64,000 nucleotides of DNA from an uncultured Candidatus Saccharibacteria bacterium (GCA_965230975.1 OZ246402.1:309304-373303); one strand, 5' to 3'. Positions 28,693-39,396 are shown, counted from the stretch's first letter. Program-made: numbers and translations. Notes: a model not told the origin generated them from the sequence alone.

Positions 28693-29886
28693 ATGGCAGA
28701 ATTCGTAAGAAGCAAGCCACATGTAAATGTTGGTACTTTGGGTCACATCGACCACGGTAAGACTACTTTAACTGCAGCATTAGTTGCATATTCTCAAAGA
28801 AAGGGTTGGCAAAACTCTGGCAAGTCATATTCTGACATTGCAAAGGGAGGAATCGCAAGAGCTGGTTCAAATAAAATTGTAACAGTTGCATCTTCTCACG
28901 TTGAATACGAATCCGAGACAAGACACTATGCACACATCGACTGCCCAGGTCACAAAGACTATATCAAGAACATGATTACAGGAGCAGCTCAAATGGATGG
29001 AGCTATTTTGGTTGTATCTGCAGAAGATGGACCTATGCCTCAAACTAAAGAGCACTTGTTATTAGCTTATCAGGTAGGTGTAAAGCACATCGTTGTGTTC
29101 ATCAATAGATTTAAAGATGACATGGATGCTGATTTACTAGAATTAATCAAAGAAGAAGTAAAAGATAACTTAAAGAAATATGGTTACGATGCAGAAAAAG
29201 TTCCATTCGTAGTAGGATCTGCTTTCTACGGTACAACTGGAGAAAAAGACGGAGACGAAACAATGGCTGCATTACTAAAAGCAATGGACGAAACAATCCC
29301 AATGCCAGAAAGACCATTAGACAAACCATTCTTAATGCCAGTTGAAGATGTATTCTCTATTGAAGGTAGAGGTACTGTAGCAACAGGTAGAATTGAAAGA
29401 GGAAAAGTACACGTTAACGATGTTGTTTCTCAAATTGGTTTAATGGAAGGTGCTAAAGATTTGACAATCACAGGTGTAGAAATGTTCAAGAAGCAATTAC
29501 AAGAAGGACAAGCTGGTGACAACGTTGGTTTGTTAATCAGAGGTATCAAAAGAGAAGATATTGAAAGAGGTCAAGTATTAGCAGCTAAAGGTAGCATTAA
29601 AGCTCAAACAGAATTTAAAGCAAAACTTTATGTTCTAAGTAAAGATGAAGGTGGAAGACACACTGGATTCAGAACTGGATATAGGCCACAATTCTATATT
29701 AGAACAGCAGATGTAACAGGAGAAGTTTTACTTGCAGACGAAAACGCATTAGTATTACCAGGTGATAATGCTGATGTTGTTGTTAAACTACAAACACCAG
29801 TAGCTTTGGAACCTCAAATGTCCTTTGCTATTAGAGAAGGTGGTAAGACAGTAGGAGCAGGTGTTGTTACAGAAGTTATTAAATAA
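28693..29886 (+). CDS. tuf: Elongation factor Tu
   Basis: '[14 protein letters not shown]', 'DCPGHKDY', 'NKFKDD'-like region. 397 aa. Confidence 0.95.
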   Translation: MAEFVRSKPHVNVGTLGHIDHGKTTLTAALVAYSQRKGWQNSGKSYSDIAKGGIARAGSNKIVTVASSHVEYESETRHYAHIDCPGHKDYIKNMITGAAQMDGAILVVSAEDGPMPQTKEHLLLAYQVGVKHIVVFINRFKDDMDADLLELIKEEVKDNLKKYGYDAEKVPFVVGSAFYGTTGEKDGDETMAALLKAMDETIPMPERPLDKPFLMPVEDVFSIEGRGTVATGRIERGKVHVNDVVSQIGLMEGAKDLTITGVEMFKKQLQEGQAGDNVGLLIRGIKREDIERGQVLAAKGSIKAQTEFKAKLYVLSKDEGGRHTGFRTGYRPQFYIRTADVTGEVLLADENALVLPGDNADVVVKLQTPVALEPQMSFAIREGGKTVGAGVVTEVIK

Positions 29887-29894
29887 AAAATTGA

Positions 29895-29925
29895 AATCGG
29901 TCCCGACAAGTCGGGACCGATTCAT
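29895..29925 (+). terminator. Strong hairpin (terminator/attenuator) between tuf and rpsJ
   Basis: 12-bp stem atcggtcccgac-aa-gtcgggaccgat with a weak T tract. It is only 33 nt before the rpsJ start, so read-through is likely. Confidence 0.45.
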
Positions 29926-29958
29926 CTAATAATTAAAAATGCTCTTTAAATAATTAAT

Positions 29959-30261
29959 ATGCAAAACAAAATCAGAGTAAAAATTAAAGGTTATGATTAC
30001 AGAGTGGTTGATAAAGCTACTCAAGAGATTTGTAAATCAGTGGTAGAAACAGGTGCTAAAATCAGAGGTCCTGTACCATTACCAAATAGAATTTGGAAAA
30101 TGGCAATTCACAGAGGCCCACATATTGATGCAAAGTCTAAAGAGCATTTCGGATTAATAGAACATTTAAGATTGGTTGATATTTTAGAACCAAACGCAAA
30201 AACTATAGAATCATTAACTCACATGCAATTACCAGCAGGTGTTGATGTTGAAATTAAGTAA
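29959..30261 (+). CDS. rpsJ: 30S ribosomal protein S10
   Basis: 'IRVKIKGYDYRVVDKATQEI...GPVPLP'. Confidence 0.95.
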   Translation: MQNKIRVKIKGYDYRVVDKATQEICKSVVETGAKIRGPVPLPNRIWKMAIHRGPHIDAKSKEHFGLIEHLRLVDILEPNAKTIESLTHMQLPAGVDVEIK

Positions 30262-30269
30262 ATAATATT

Positions 30270-30872
30270 ATGAAAACATTTATAGCTAAAAAAATAGGAA
30301 TGGTTCAAGTCTTTACAGAAAAGGGAGACTCAAAACCAGCAACAGTTTTAGATATTTCTGAAAATTATGTTGCAAGAACAATTGAAGTTGATGGAAAAAA
30401 ATTCATAGAAGTAGGTAAGGACAAAGTAAAACATCCAACAAAATCAGAACTTGGAAGTTATAAAGACTTAAAGTTTGTACCTAGACAAAAAGCTAGAGAA
30501 GAATCTGATTCAACAGATGTTCAAGTTGGAACACAATTAGAAGCAACTTTGATCTCTGTAGGTGACACAGTAGAAGCTACTGGTACTACAAAAGGAAAAG
30601 GTTTTGCAGGTGTAGTAAAGAGGTGGGGTTTTAAAGGTGGTCCTAGAACTCATGGTCAATCAGATAGAGAAAGAGCACCTGGATCAATTGGTAATAGAAC
30701 AATCCCAGGTAGGGTTTACAAAGGAAAGAGAATGGGTGGACATATGGGTGTAACTACTAAAACTATTAAAGGTTTAAAAGTTTTAATGGTTAACTCTGAA
30801 TCTAAGACAATAGTAGTAGATGGTAGCGTAATGGGCCCAAAGAATTCATATTTAGTAATTAGAAAGAAGTAA
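30270..30872 (+). CDS. rplC: 50S ribosomal protein L3
   Basis: 'KKIGMVQVFTEKGDSKPATVL'. 200 aa. Confidence 0.9.
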   Translation: MKTFIAKKIGMVQVFTEKGDSKPATVLDISENYVARTIEVDGKKFIEVGKDKVKHPTKSELGSYKDLKFVPRQKAREESDSTDVQVGTQLEATLISVGDTVEATGTTKGKGFAGVVKRWGFKGGPRTHGQSDRERAPGSIGNRTIPGRVYKGKRMGGHMGVTTKTIKGLKVLMVNSESKTIVVDGSVMGPKNSYLVIRKK

Positions 30873-30876
30873 TATC

Positions 30877-31515
30877 ATGAATTTAGATATCTTTGATTTA
30901 AAAGCAAAAAAAATCGGTGATTTTGAAATCTCAAACGAGTATAAAGATGCAAAGGTAAACAATGCAGTTTTATCTCAATATGTTTATATCTACCTTTCAA
31001 ATCAAAGAGAGGGTAATGCTCATACAAAAGACAGATCAGAAGTAAGTGGAGGTGGTAAAAAACCTTGGAAACAAAAAGGAACTGGTAGAGCTAGAGTAGG
31101 ATCATCTAGATCTCCTATTTGGACAAAGGGAGGAATCACATTTGGTCCAAGAAATGAAGTAAATTACAAAAGAAGAACAACAAAAAAATTTAGAGCAGTA
31201 GCTTTTAGAAATGCACTATCTTACTTAATTCAGTCTGAAAATGTAAGAGTTATTAAAGAAGCTGATATCAAGTCAGAAGAAAAAATGACTCAAAAAGCAG
31301 CTGAAATATTAGTAGCATTCAATAGCCCTAAAAAAGTAACTATAATTACAAGTGAAAAAAGAGATTCTTTACTTAAAGCTTTCTCAAACATTAAGAATGT
31401 AAATGTAGTTACAATATCAAAAATTAACCCGTATTTACTGCTTAATGGCGGAGTAGTTTTCTTTGAAGAAGCTGCTTTAAAACATTTTGAAGAAACATGG
31501 GGATTAACAAAATAA
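30877..31515 (+). CDS. rplD: 50S ribosomal protein L4
   Basis: 'GGGKKPWKQKGTGRARVGSSRSPIWTKGGITFGP'. Confidence 0.9.
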   Translation: MNLDIFDLKAKKIGDFEISNEYKDAKVNNAVLSQYVYIYLSNQREGNAHTKDRSEVSGGGKKPWKQKGTGRARVGSSRSPIWTKGGITFGPRNEVNYKRRTTKKFRAVAFRNALSYLIQSENVRVIKEADIKSEEKMTQKAAEILVAFNSPKKVTIITSEKRDSLLKAFSNIKNVNVVTISKINPYLLLNGGVVFFEEAALKHFEETWGLTK

Positions 31516-31531
31516 TATTAAGATTAATAAA

Positions 31532-31813
31532 ATGATAGTTTTAAAGAAACCGATAGTAACAGAAAAGAGTTTGAGAGAGTATAAAGAAAACAGAGTAGTA
31601 ACTTTTTCTGTTGACTTAAATGCTACAAAAATTCAAATTCAAAAAACAGTTGAAAATGTATATGCTGTTAAAACACTAGAGGTTAGAGTAGTTAATAGAC
31701 TAGGTAAGGTAAAATATAGTAGATTTTCAAAAAAGAAAAGTAAATTGCAAGATCAAAGAATTGCATATATTAAATTAGATAATAATCAAAAAATAGATAT
31801 TTTTGAACAATAA
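31532..31813 (+). CDS. rplW: 50S ribosomal protein L23
   Basis: 93 aa, 'VLKKPIVTEKS'. Position between rplD and rplB. Confidence 0.85.
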   Translation: MIVLKKPIVTEKSLREYKENRVVTFSVDLNATKIQIQKTVENVYAVKTLEVRVVNRLGKVKYSRFSKKKSKLQDQRIAYIKLDNNQKIDIFEQ

Positions 31814-31824
31814 GGTTATATACC

Positions 31825-32688
31825 ATGGCACTAAAGAAATTTAACGCAACAACACCAGGTTCACGACACGCAATATTAATCGATAGATCAGAATTGCATG
31901 ATGGAAGACCATATTTACCATTGGTAAAAAGCCTTAGAAGCAAAGGTGGTCGAAATAATCAAGGTAGAGTAACAATGAGGCATCAAGGTTCTGGTGCAAA
32001 AAAACAATATAGAGTTATTGACTTTAAAAGAGATAATCATGGTGTAGAAGGAACTATAGAAAGGGTAGAGTACGATCCAAACAGAACAGCATTTATTGCA
32101 TTAGTAAAGTTTGCAAATGGTGACAGAAGATATATTCTTTCCCCAGATGGACTTAAAGCTGGCGATAAAGTAATGAGTGGTGAAGAAGCTCCTGTATCAG
32201 TTGGAAACGCATTACCATTAAAAAGCATTCCTCAAGGTACAATGGTACATGCTGTTGAGATGTGGCCAGAAAAAGGTGCATCTTTAGCTAGATCAGCTGG
32301 TACATCTGTTCAAGTGATGGGTGGAGACCAAGGATATGTTCAGCTAAGATTACCTAGTGGAGAAATTAGATTAGTGAGAGAGACTTGCTATGCTACAATA
32401 GGCACTGTAAGTAATCCTGATAATAAAAATGTAAAATTAGGTAAAGCAGGTAGAAGAAGAAATAAAGGGGTAAGACCTTCAGTTAGAGGAGTGGCAATGT
32501 CAATCAAGCACCCTCACGGAGGAGGACAGGGTAAGGGTGGTAGACACGGTACAGGTGGACCTAAGAAGGATAGATGGGGTAATCCAGTAGGAACAAGAAC
32601 AAGAAAAGGAAAGAACGTAAATAATAAATTTATAATTAGAAGAAGACAAGAAAAGAATAAATTTAAAGGTTTTAAAACAATTATATAA
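31825..32688 (+). CDS. rplB: 50S ribosomal protein L2 (with a basic C-terminal extension)
   Basis: 'SGEIRLV', 'GVAMSIKHPHGGGQGK'. 287 aa. Confidence 0.95.
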   Translation: MALKKFNATTPGSRHAILIDRSELHDGRPYLPLVKSLRSKGGRNNQGRVTMRHQGSGAKKQYRVIDFKRDNHGVEGTIERVEYDPNRTAFIALVKFANGDRRYILSPDGLKAGDKVMSGEEAPVSVGNALPLKSIPQGTMVHAVEMWPEKGASLARSAGTSVQVMGGDQGYVQLRLPSGEIRLVRETCYATIGTVSNPDNKNVKLGKAGRRRNKGVRPSVRGVAMSIKHPHGGGQGKGGRHGTGGPKKDRWGNPVGTRTRKGKNVNNKFIIRRRQEKNKFKGFKTII

Positions 32689-32706
32689 AAAGTAATAAGT
32701 AAAATT

Positions 32707-33009
32707 ATGTCAAGAAGTTTAAAAAAAGGACCTTATGTTAATGAAAGATTATTAGCTAAGGTAGTAAAAGCAAAACAAACAGGAGACAAAAAAGCAATTA
32801 AGACTTGGTCAAGAGACTGTACTATTTCTCCTGAAATGGTAGGTTTTAACTTCGAGGTTCATAATGGAAAATACTTTAACAAAGTTTTTGTAACAGAGTC
32901 TATGGTTGGACACAAGTTGGGAGAATTTTCTGTAACTAGGAAATTCACAGGTCATAGCAAGAAAGGAAAAATAGCTAAAGCAACAGGGGCAACAGGTAGA
33001 GCAGCATAA
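32707..33009 (+). CDS. rpsS: 30S ribosomal protein S19
   Basis: '[11 protein letters not shown]...HNGKYF'. Confidence 0.9.
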   Translation: MSRSLKKGPYVNERLLAKVVKAKQTGDKKAIKTWSRDCTISPEMVGFNFEVHNGKYFNKVFVTESMVGHKLGEFSVTRKFTGHSKKGKIAKATGATGRAA

Positions 33010-33041
33010 TTTTTAAATAAATTGTATTAGTAATTAATAAT

Positions 33042-33512
33042 ATGAAAGTCAAAGCAGTAGCAAAAAGAGTGGGAGTGTCAGCAATTAAAGCTAGAATAAT
33101 CGCAGATACTGTAAGAGGTATGAATGCTAAAGATGCAGTAGGTATTTTAACATATGTATCAAAGGGATCTGCATTGCCTGTTAAGAAAGTTGTTGAAAGT
33201 GCAATTGCAAATGCTAAGACTAACTACAATTTAAATGAGGATACCCTTGTTATAAGTGAAATTAGGGTAGATAAGGGCCCAATTGCTAATATAAATGCAA
33301 AAAGATTTGAAACTTTAGGTAAGGGCGGTTATGCTAGATTCGATAGAAAATACTGTCATATTACAGTTTTATTAGAGGAACGAAGTTCTACTGCAAAGGT
33401 AAAAAAGACTAAAACAATAGATTCAAAAAAATCAATTGTTGCTGATTCTACATCAGAAGACTTAGAAAAGAAGAGCGTTAAAAAAAGCAAAACTGCTAAA
33501 AAAGCAGAGTAA
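33042..33512 (+). CDS. rplV: 50S ribosomal protein L22 (Lys-rich C-terminal extension)
   Basis: 'AKRVGVSAIKARIIADTVRGMNAKDAVGIL'. Confidence 0.9.
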   Translation: MKVKAVAKRVGVSAIKARIIADTVRGMNAKDAVGILTYVSKGSALPVKKVVESAIANAKTNYNLNEDTLVISEIRVDKGPIANINAKRFETLGKGGYARFDRKYCHITVLLEERSSTAKVKKTKTIDSKKSIVADSTSEDLEKKSVKKSKTAKKAE

Positions 33513-33614
33513 AACAAGAGATTTGATGGTATAATCTCATGCACTTTTAAATGGTAGGTTAAAGGTTAAAAGCTAGACTTTTAATCTCTAATTTGTAATT
33601 TAATATAGACTAAT

Positions 33615-34271
33615 ATGGCTCGAGGAGCTCACAAAATAAATCCAATAGGATTTAGGCTAGGGGTAAACAAAAATTGGAAATCAAGATGGTATGCTAATAA
33701 AAATGATTATGCAGACAGATTCTTGAGTGACATTAAGGTAAGACAGCTTGTTGAAACAAAGCTTAAGACTGCAGGTGTTGCATCCGTAGTTGTTAAAAGG
33801 TTTACAAATAAGACCCTAGTGGAAGTAAGTGTTGCAAGACCTGGAGTGGTTATAGGAAGAGGTGGAGCGGGTATTACTGCCTTGAAAGATGACTTAACAA
33901 AATTGTTGAAACATGATGTTGATGTGAAAATCTTTGAAGTTAAAAACCCAGATACAGTTGCTAAATTAGTTGCAGAAAATATTGCTTTGCAATGTGAAAA
34001 AAGAGTTAACCCTCAAATTGCTGCAGCAAAAGCGGCAGAAGCTGCAATGGGCAATGAATCAGTTAAAGGTATTCAAATTTGGATAGGTGGAAGAATTAAA
34101 GGAGCAGATATTGCAAGAGTTGTTAAAGTTAAACATGGTGTAGTTCCAAGACATAGTTTAAGAGTTGATTTAGATTACTCAGCTGCAAGAGCTCAGGTTC
34201 CTGCTTTAGGAGTACATGGTATAAAAGTTTGGATTAACAAAGGAGAAAAAACATCATATAGCATAGATTAA
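33615..34271 (+). CDS. rpsC: 30S ribosomal protein S3
   Basis: 'AHKINPIGFRLGVNKNWKSRWYA', KH domain. Confidence 0.95.
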   Translation: MARGAHKINPIGFRLGVNKNWKSRWYANKNDYADRFLSDIKVRQLVETKLKTAGVASVVVKRFTNKTLVEVSVARPGVVIGRGGAGITALKDDLTKLLKHDVDVKIFEVKNPDTVAKLVAENIALQCEKRVNPQIAAAKAAEAAMGNESVKGIQIWIGGRIKGADIARVVKVKHGVVPRHSLRVDLDYSAARAQVPALGVHGIKVWINKGEKTSYSID

Positions 34272-34294
34272 TATAAAAATTTATATAGTATAAA

Positions 34295-34702
34295 ATGTTG
34301 CAACCAAATCAAAGAAAATACAAAAAAGAGCAAAGAGGAAGAATGAAAGGAATTGACTTTAGAGGTTCCGAGCTTGCTTATGGAGAGTTTGGAATTCAAT
34401 CACTTGATAGAGGTTGGCTTAAAGCAAGAGAAATAGAAGCAGCAAGAAAAGCTATTGTAAACTACACAAATAGAAAAGGTAAGTTATGGGTTAAAGTATT
34501 CCCTCACAAACCTTATACAAAAAAGTCAGATGAAGTTGTAAGAGGTAGCGGTAAAGGAGAAGTTTCTTACTATGTTTCTGTAATAAGACCAGGTAGAATT
34601 TTATTCGAACTAGGTGGTATTCCTGAGGAAACAGCTAAAGAAGCATTAAGACTTGCAACAGCTAAGTTATCTTTAAAAACAAGAATTATTAGTAAAAATT
34701 AA
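34295..34702 (+). CDS. rplP: 50S ribosomal protein L16
   Basis: 'MLQPNQRKYKKEQRGRMKG'. Confidence 0.95.
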   Translation: MLQPNQRKYKKEQRGRMKGIDFRGSELAYGEFGIQSLDRGWLKAREIEAARKAIVNYTNRKGKLWVKVFPHKPYTKKSDEVVRGSGKGEVSYYVSVIRPGRILFELGGIPEETAKEALRLATAKLSLKTRIISKN

Positions 34703-34914
34703 TGAGCGAAGTAAAAACATCAGAAAAAAAAGAGGCTAAAGTTGTAGATAAGAAAGTTTCTAACACTAAGACTATCTCAGAGCTTAGATTGGAACTTCAA
34801 AAGTTAATACTAGATGTAAGATCTGGTAAGGAAAAAAATACATCTTTAATTAAAAAAACTAAAAAAGAGATTGCAAGATTATTAACTAAATTAAAAATTA
34901 ATAATGGAAAATAA
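34702..34914 (+). CDS. rpmC: 50S ribosomal protein L29
   Basis: 70 aa, 'ELRLELQKLILDVRSGK'. Shares a TAATG overlap with rplP. Confidence 0.8.
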   Translation: MSEVKTSEKKEAKVVDKKVSNTKTISELRLELQKLILDVRSGKEKNTSLIKKTKKEIARLLTKLKINNGK

Positions 34915-35155
34915 AGTTAAATCACAAAGAGAGTTGGTAGGTATAGTAGAAAAGCTTAGTGGAGTAAATACTCTTAAAGTAAGGGTTGAAAGAAAATACC
35001 CACACACAAAGTATGGAAAAATTATTAAGGAACATAGAAGTTATTTAGTAAATTACATTTCAGAAAATTCACAAGTGAAAGTCGGAGATGTAGTAACAAT
35101 TAAAGAGTGCAAGCCTTTCTCAAAAAAGAAAGCTTGGGAATTAGTTACAAAGTAA
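34904..35155 (+). CDS. rpsQ: 30S ribosomal protein S17
   Basis: '[27 protein letters not shown]...[19 protein letters not shown]'. Confidence 0.9.
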   Translation: MENKVKSQRELVGIVEKLSGVNTLKVRVERKYPHTKYGKIIKEHRSYLVNYISENSQVKVGDVVTIKECKPFSKKKAWELVTK

Positions 35156-35165
35156 AATAAATAAT

Positions 35166-35549
35166 ATGGTACAGAAATTATCAAGATTAAAAGTTGCAGA
35201 TAATACAGGAGCTAAAGAGTTAATGATAATTCAAGTTCTTGGCAAATCAAAAGGCGGAACTTTTCAAAAGTTTGGTTACTATGGAGATATTGTAAGCGCA
35301 TCTGTAAAAAAGGCCATGCCAAATGGACAATACAAAAAAGGAGATGTAGTTCATGCAGTTTTAGTAAGAGCTGTTAAGGAGTATAGAAGAAAAGATGGTA
35401 GTTACATTAAATTTGATGATAACGCAGCCGTTTTAATAGCTAAAGATACAAAAGATCCAAAGGGAACTAGAGTTTTTGGTCCAATTGCAAGAGAATTAAA
35501 AGAAAAGGGATTCAATAAATTAGTTTCAATGGCACCAGAAGTTTTGTAA
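35166..35549 (+). CDS. rplN: 50S ribosomal protein L14
   Basis: '[26 protein letters not shown]'. Confidence 0.95.
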   Translation: MVQKLSRLKVADNTGAKELMIIQVLGKSKGGTFQKFGYYGDIVSASVKKAMPNGQYKKGDVVHAVLVRAVKEYRRKDGSYIKFDDNAAVLIAKDTKDPKGTRVFGPIARELKEKGFNKLVSMAPEVL

Positions 35550-35574
35550 TAATAATTAAATTATATTAATAAAA

Positions 35575-35898
35575 ATGTTGAAGATAAAAAAAGGAGACAA
35601 TGTTTTAGTAATGAGAGGTAAAGATGCTGGAAAGCAAGGTGAAGTTTTAAGCATTGTTAACAAAGAAAATTCAATAAGAGTTGTTGTTAAAGGTATTAAT
35701 ATTGTTAAAAAGACTCAAAAACCAAATCCACAACTAGGTATAGTAGGTGGTATGAGTGAAAAAGAAATGTCTTTAGATATTTCAAACGTTATGGTATTAG
35801 ATAAGAAAACAGGAAAACCTGTAAGAGTTAAATTTAAAATAGACGAAAAAACCGGCAAGAAAAGTAGAGTTTCTGCAAAAACCGGAGAAGTTATTTAA
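35575..35898 (+). CDS. rplX: 50S ribosomal protein L24
   Basis: 'KIKKGDNVLVMRGKDAGKQGEV', KOW motif. Confidence 0.9.
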   Translation: MLKIKKGDNVLVMRGKDAGKQGEVLSIVNKENSIRVVVKGINIVKKTQKPNPQLGIVGGMSEKEMSLDISNVMVLDKKTGKPVRVKFKIDEKTGKKSRVSAKTGEVI

Positions 35899-35903
35899 AT
35901 AAT

Positions 35904-36455
35904 ATGACAGAATTGCAAACTAGATACAAAAAAGAGATTGCTCCAAAATTAACTGAAAAGTTTGGATACAAAAATCCTATGTCTGTACCAACTATAGAAA
36001 AAATAGTAATTAATGCAGGTATCGGAAAAGAATATAGAAACAATACAAATGTAGTAGAGGAAATGGTAGATGTAATTTCTCAAATATCAGGTCAAAAACC
36101 AGTTGTTGTGAATTCAAAAGAAGCAATTTCAAACTTTGGATTAAGAGAAGGTACACCTAATGGAATAAAAGTAACACTTAGAAAAGACAGAATGTGGGAT
36201 TTCTTATATAAACTTATAGGAGTAACACTACCGAGAATCAAGGACTTTAGAGGTGTATCAAATAAAGGTTTCGATGGCAGAGGTAACTATTCATTAGGAA
36301 TTAAAGAACATACAATCTTTCCAGAGATTGATACAACTAAATTATCTAAAATAAGATCTTTGCAAATTGTTATAAATACAACTGCAAATTCTAACGAAGA
36401 GGGTCATGCATTATTGGAAATGCTAGGAATGCCATTCGAAAAGAAGAATAGGTAA
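35904..36455 (+). CDS. rplE: 50S ribosomal protein L5
   Basis: 'RYKKEIAPKLTEKFGYKNPMSVPTIEKIVIN'. Confidence 0.95.
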   Translation: MTELQTRYKKEIAPKLTEKFGYKNPMSVPTIEKIVINAGIGKEYRNNTNVVEEMVDVISQISGQKPVVVNSKEAISNFGLREGTPNGIKVTLRKDRMWDFLYKLIGVTLPRIKDFRGVSNKGFDGRGNYSLGIKEHTIFPEIDTTKLSKIRSLQIVINTTANSNEEGHALLEMLGMPFEKKNR

Positions 36456-36494
36456 TTGAATTAACTAGATTATAAAGGTATAATACGCGATACT

Positions 36495-36707
36495 ATGGCT
36501 AACAAAGCAAAAATTGCAAAAAACACAAAACAAAAAGTAATGCTAAGAAACGGCAATAGCCCTTTCAAAGCTGTTAAATATAGAAACAGATGTGAAATCT
36601 GTGGACGACCAAGGTCTTATATTGGTAGATTTAAACTCTGCAGAATATGCTTTAGAGAAAAAGCTATGGCAGGTGAATTACCAGGTGTAAGAAAAATGAC
36701 TTGGTAA
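36495..36707 (+). CDS. rpsZ: 30S ribosomal protein S14, zinc-binding type Z
   Basis: '[23 protein letters not shown]' is a Cys4 zinc ribbon. 70 aa. Confidence 0.9.
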   Translation: MANKAKIAKNTKQKVMLRNGNSPFKAVKYRNRCEICGRPRSYIGRFKLCRICFREKAMAGELPGVRKMTW

Positions 36708-36807
36708 AAGATTGCTTATGTCTGATTACTAGACCAAATCTAGTAATTTGAAATTAGCAATTACGCTTTAATAAAGCTAATTCAAAAATAGTTATTAAAT
36801 AAATAGA

Positions 36808-37200
36808 GTGGTTAACGATCCTATTGCAGATTTTCTAACTCAAATTAGAAATGCGCAACAACGAAAAAAAGATGAGATTACAGTAAAATCAAGCAAAATG
36901 CTTGAGTCTATTGCAGCTATCTTAAAAGAAGAAGGTTTTGTAAATGACTTCAAAGTTGAAGAAAATGAGGTTCAAAATGAATTAGTTGTTTCATTAAAGT
37001 ACGTAAACGGAGAGGGTGCAATTAGAGAATTGGCTAGAGTTTCTAAGCCAGGTATTAGAAGGTATTTAGGCTACAAAAACATTAAGCCTGTTAAAAAAGG
37101 TTTAGGTGTAGCTATTATCTCAACTCCAATGGGTGTTATTTCTGACAAAAAAGCAAGAGAACACAAAGTTGGTGGTGAGTACATTTGTTATGTCTATTAA
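36808..37200 (+). CDS. rpsH: 30S ribosomal protein S8 (GTG start)
   Basis: 'VNDPIADFLTQIRNA'. Initiates at GTG 36808. Confidence 0.9.
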   Translation: MVNDPIADFLTQIRNAQQRKKDEITVKSSKMLESIAAILKEEGFVNDFKVEENEVQNELVVSLKYVNGEGAIRELARVSKPGIRRYLGYKNIKPVKKGLGVAIISTPMGVISDKKAREHKVGGEYICYVY

Positions 37201-37202
37201 AC

Positions 37203-37757
37203 ATGTCTAGAATCGGTAAAATGCCAATAACAATCCCAACCGGAGTAACTGTAGAGGTTACAAATGGTGGAGAATATGGCTTTAAAGAAGTTATTGTAAA
37301 AGGTCCTAAAGGAGAACTAAAAGAATCTTTAAAAAGAGGTGTTAATGCAGAAGTTATAGAAAATGAAATTATTGTAACAAGAGATAATGATTCAAAACAA
37401 AACAGAGCATTTCATGGCTTGTTTAGAACATTAATAAATAACATGGTCGAAGGTGTAACTAAAGGTTTTTCAAAGTCTTTAGAAATAGTTGGAATTGGTT
37501 ACAGAGCTGAGATGCAAGGTGCAAATTTAATTTTATCTGTGGGTTACTCACATAAAATTAATTACCAACCACCAGTAGGAATTAATATTTCAGTACAAGA
37601 CCAAACAAATATAACTGTAGAAGGTGCAAACAAACAAGTAGTTGGAGAAGTTGCATCTAAAATAAGAGGATTTAGAAAACCTGAACCTTATAAGGGTAAA
37701 GGTGTTAGATATAAAGGAGAAGCTGTTAGAAGAAAATCAACTAAAGCAGGTGCATAA
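37203..37757 (+). CDS. rplF: 50S ribosomal protein L6
   Basis: 'MSRIGKMPITIPTGVTVEV'. The ATG at 37203 sits 3 nt after the rpsH stop. The ORF track's TTG at 37185 would overlap rpsH and is less likely. Confidence 0.9.
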   Translation: MSRIGKMPITIPTGVTVEVTNGGEYGFKEVIVKGPKGELKESLKRGVNAEVIENEIIVTRDNDSKQNRAFHGLFRTLINNMVEGVTKGFSKSLEIVGIGYRAEMQGANLILSVGYSHKINYQPPVGINISVQDQTNITVEGANKQVVGEVASKIRGFRKPEPYKGKGVRYKGEAVRRKSTKAGA

Positions 37758-37795
37758 AATATAATAAGTTAAAGTAAAAGTAGCAATTAGAAAAT

Positions 37796-38149
37796 ATGAA
37801 AAGATTTATAAAAAAAGCACAAAGTAGATTAAAGAGAAAGATGCATATTAGAAAAGATATCTATGGTACAGAATCTAGACCTAGATTATCTGTATACAGA
37901 TCAAATAATCATATTTACGCTCAAATTATAGATGATGTAAATTCAAAAACAATAGTATCTGCTTCTGATAAATTATCTACAGAGAAAGGTACTCCAGTTG
38001 AAAAAGCAACTAGAGTAGGTGAAACTTTAGCAAAATTAGCAATTGCTAAAAAGATAGAAACTGTAGTATTTGATAGAAATGGATTTAAGTATCATGGAAG
38101 AGTAAAGGCAATTGCAGAAGGTGCTAGATCTGCTGGCTTAAAATTTTAA
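37796..38149 (+). CDS. rplR: 50S ribosomal protein L18
   Basis: '[20 protein letters not shown]'. Confidence 0.9.
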   Translation: MKRFIKKAQSRLKRKMHIRKDIYGTESRPRLSVYRSNNHIYAQIIDDVNSKTIVSASDKLSTEKGTPVEKATRVGETLAKLAIAKKIETVVFDRNGFKYHGRVKAIAEGARSAGLKF

Positions 38150-38171
38150 TCTAATAAATAATTAAAATATA

Positions 38172-38753
38172 ATGAGTGACGTTACAACAACTGAAACAAA
38201 AGAAGTAAAAGTAAATATACAACCTCAACAAGGTCAACAATATAACGGTAGACCGCAAAGAGGCCATGGTAGAAACAACAACAGATCAGATAGAAGAGAT
38301 AAACCAGAAAAGGAAAAAGACCCATTTGATTTCAAATTAATTGAAGTTAGAAGAGTTAATAAAATGTATAAGGGTGGTAGAAGAATGAAATTAAGTGTTG
38401 TAGTAGTAGTTGGAGATAAAAAAGGACGAGTAGGAATCGGATTGGGTAAAGGTGATGATGTAAAAACAGCACAAGAAAAAGCTATTTCACAAGCAAAAAA
38501 GAACTTAGTTTTGATTCCATTAAAAGGAAATACAATTCCTCACGAAGTAACTCATAAGTTCAAATCATCTAGAATCATGTTGAAACCAGCAGCTCCAGGT
38601 ACTGGAATTGTAGCAGGTTCTTCTGTAAGAATGGTTGCAGAAGTAGCAGGTATAAACGATGTTTTATCAAAAATTTTAGGTGCTAATAACAAGATTACAA
38701 ATGCGTATGCAACAATTCAAGCTTTGTCATCTTTAAGAGCAACAAGACTTTAA
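38172..38753 (+). CDS. rpsE: 30S ribosomal protein S5 (with a ~45-aa N-terminal extension)
   Basis: 'LIEVRRVNKMYKGGRRMKLSVVVVVGDKKGRVGIGLGKGDDV'. Confidence 0.9.
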   Translation: MSDVTTTETKEVKVNIQPQQGQQYNGRPQRGHGRNNNRSDRRDKPEKEKDPFDFKLIEVRRVNKMYKGGRRMKLSVVVVVGDKKGRVGIGLGKGDDVKTAQEKAISQAKKNLVLIPLKGNTIPHEVTHKFKSSRIMLKPAAPGTGIVAGSSVRMVAEVAGINDVLSKILGANNKITNAYATIQALSSLRATRL

Positions 38754-38772
38754 ATTAATTATAGGTAATAGA

Positions 38773-39252
38773 ATGTTAAATAATTTAGTATCACCAAAAT
38801 CAACAAGTAAATCAAAAATAATCGGAAGAGGTATGGGATCTGGAAAAGGTGGTCATACTGCAGGTAGAGGTTTAAAAGGAGCTACAGCTAGAACAGGTTA
38901 TCAATACCCTAGAAGAACATTCGAAGGTGGTCAAAATCCCTTATCAAGAAGATTACCTAGATACAGAGGAGACGTTAGAGGTACAACTAGAGCAGCTTTT
39001 ACAGCTGATATTCAAAATACACCTATTAAATTGAGTAAAGTTGCTGATTTGGCATCACAATTATCAAAAACAGAAATTACTCTTCAAGACTTAATTGAAG
39101 GTGGAATTGTTACATTAAAATATAATAAAACAATAAAACCTAAAATTCTTTTAGACAAAGAAATTTCTATAAAACTTAACATCAAAGGTATCCCAGCTTC
39201 AAAGTCTGCAAAATTAGCAATTGAAAAAGCAGGTGGTTCTATTGAAGATTAA
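38773..39252 (+). CDS. rplO: 50S ribosomal protein L15
   Basis: 'GRGMGSGKGGHTAGRGLKG'. It follows rpsE after a 19-nt gap, with no rpmD between them. Confidence 0.9.
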   Translation: MLNNLVSPKSTSKSKIIGRGMGSGKGGHTAGRGLKGATARTGYQYPRRTFEGGQNPLSRRLPRYRGDVRGTTRAAFTADIQNTPIKLSKVADLASQLSKTEITLQDLIEGGIVTLKYNKTIKPKILLDKEISIKLNIKGIPASKSAKLAIEKAGGSIED

Positions 39253-39396
39253 TAAGCTATCCCATTAATTGAATTTTTTTAAGATATAGTCTTCACTATT
39301 CTCTTATTAGCAGAATAACGTTAAATCTGCTTAAATATTGATTCACGATATTGGGTTTCTAATGTATAATTACCTACATATTTTGTTTTTATACCT

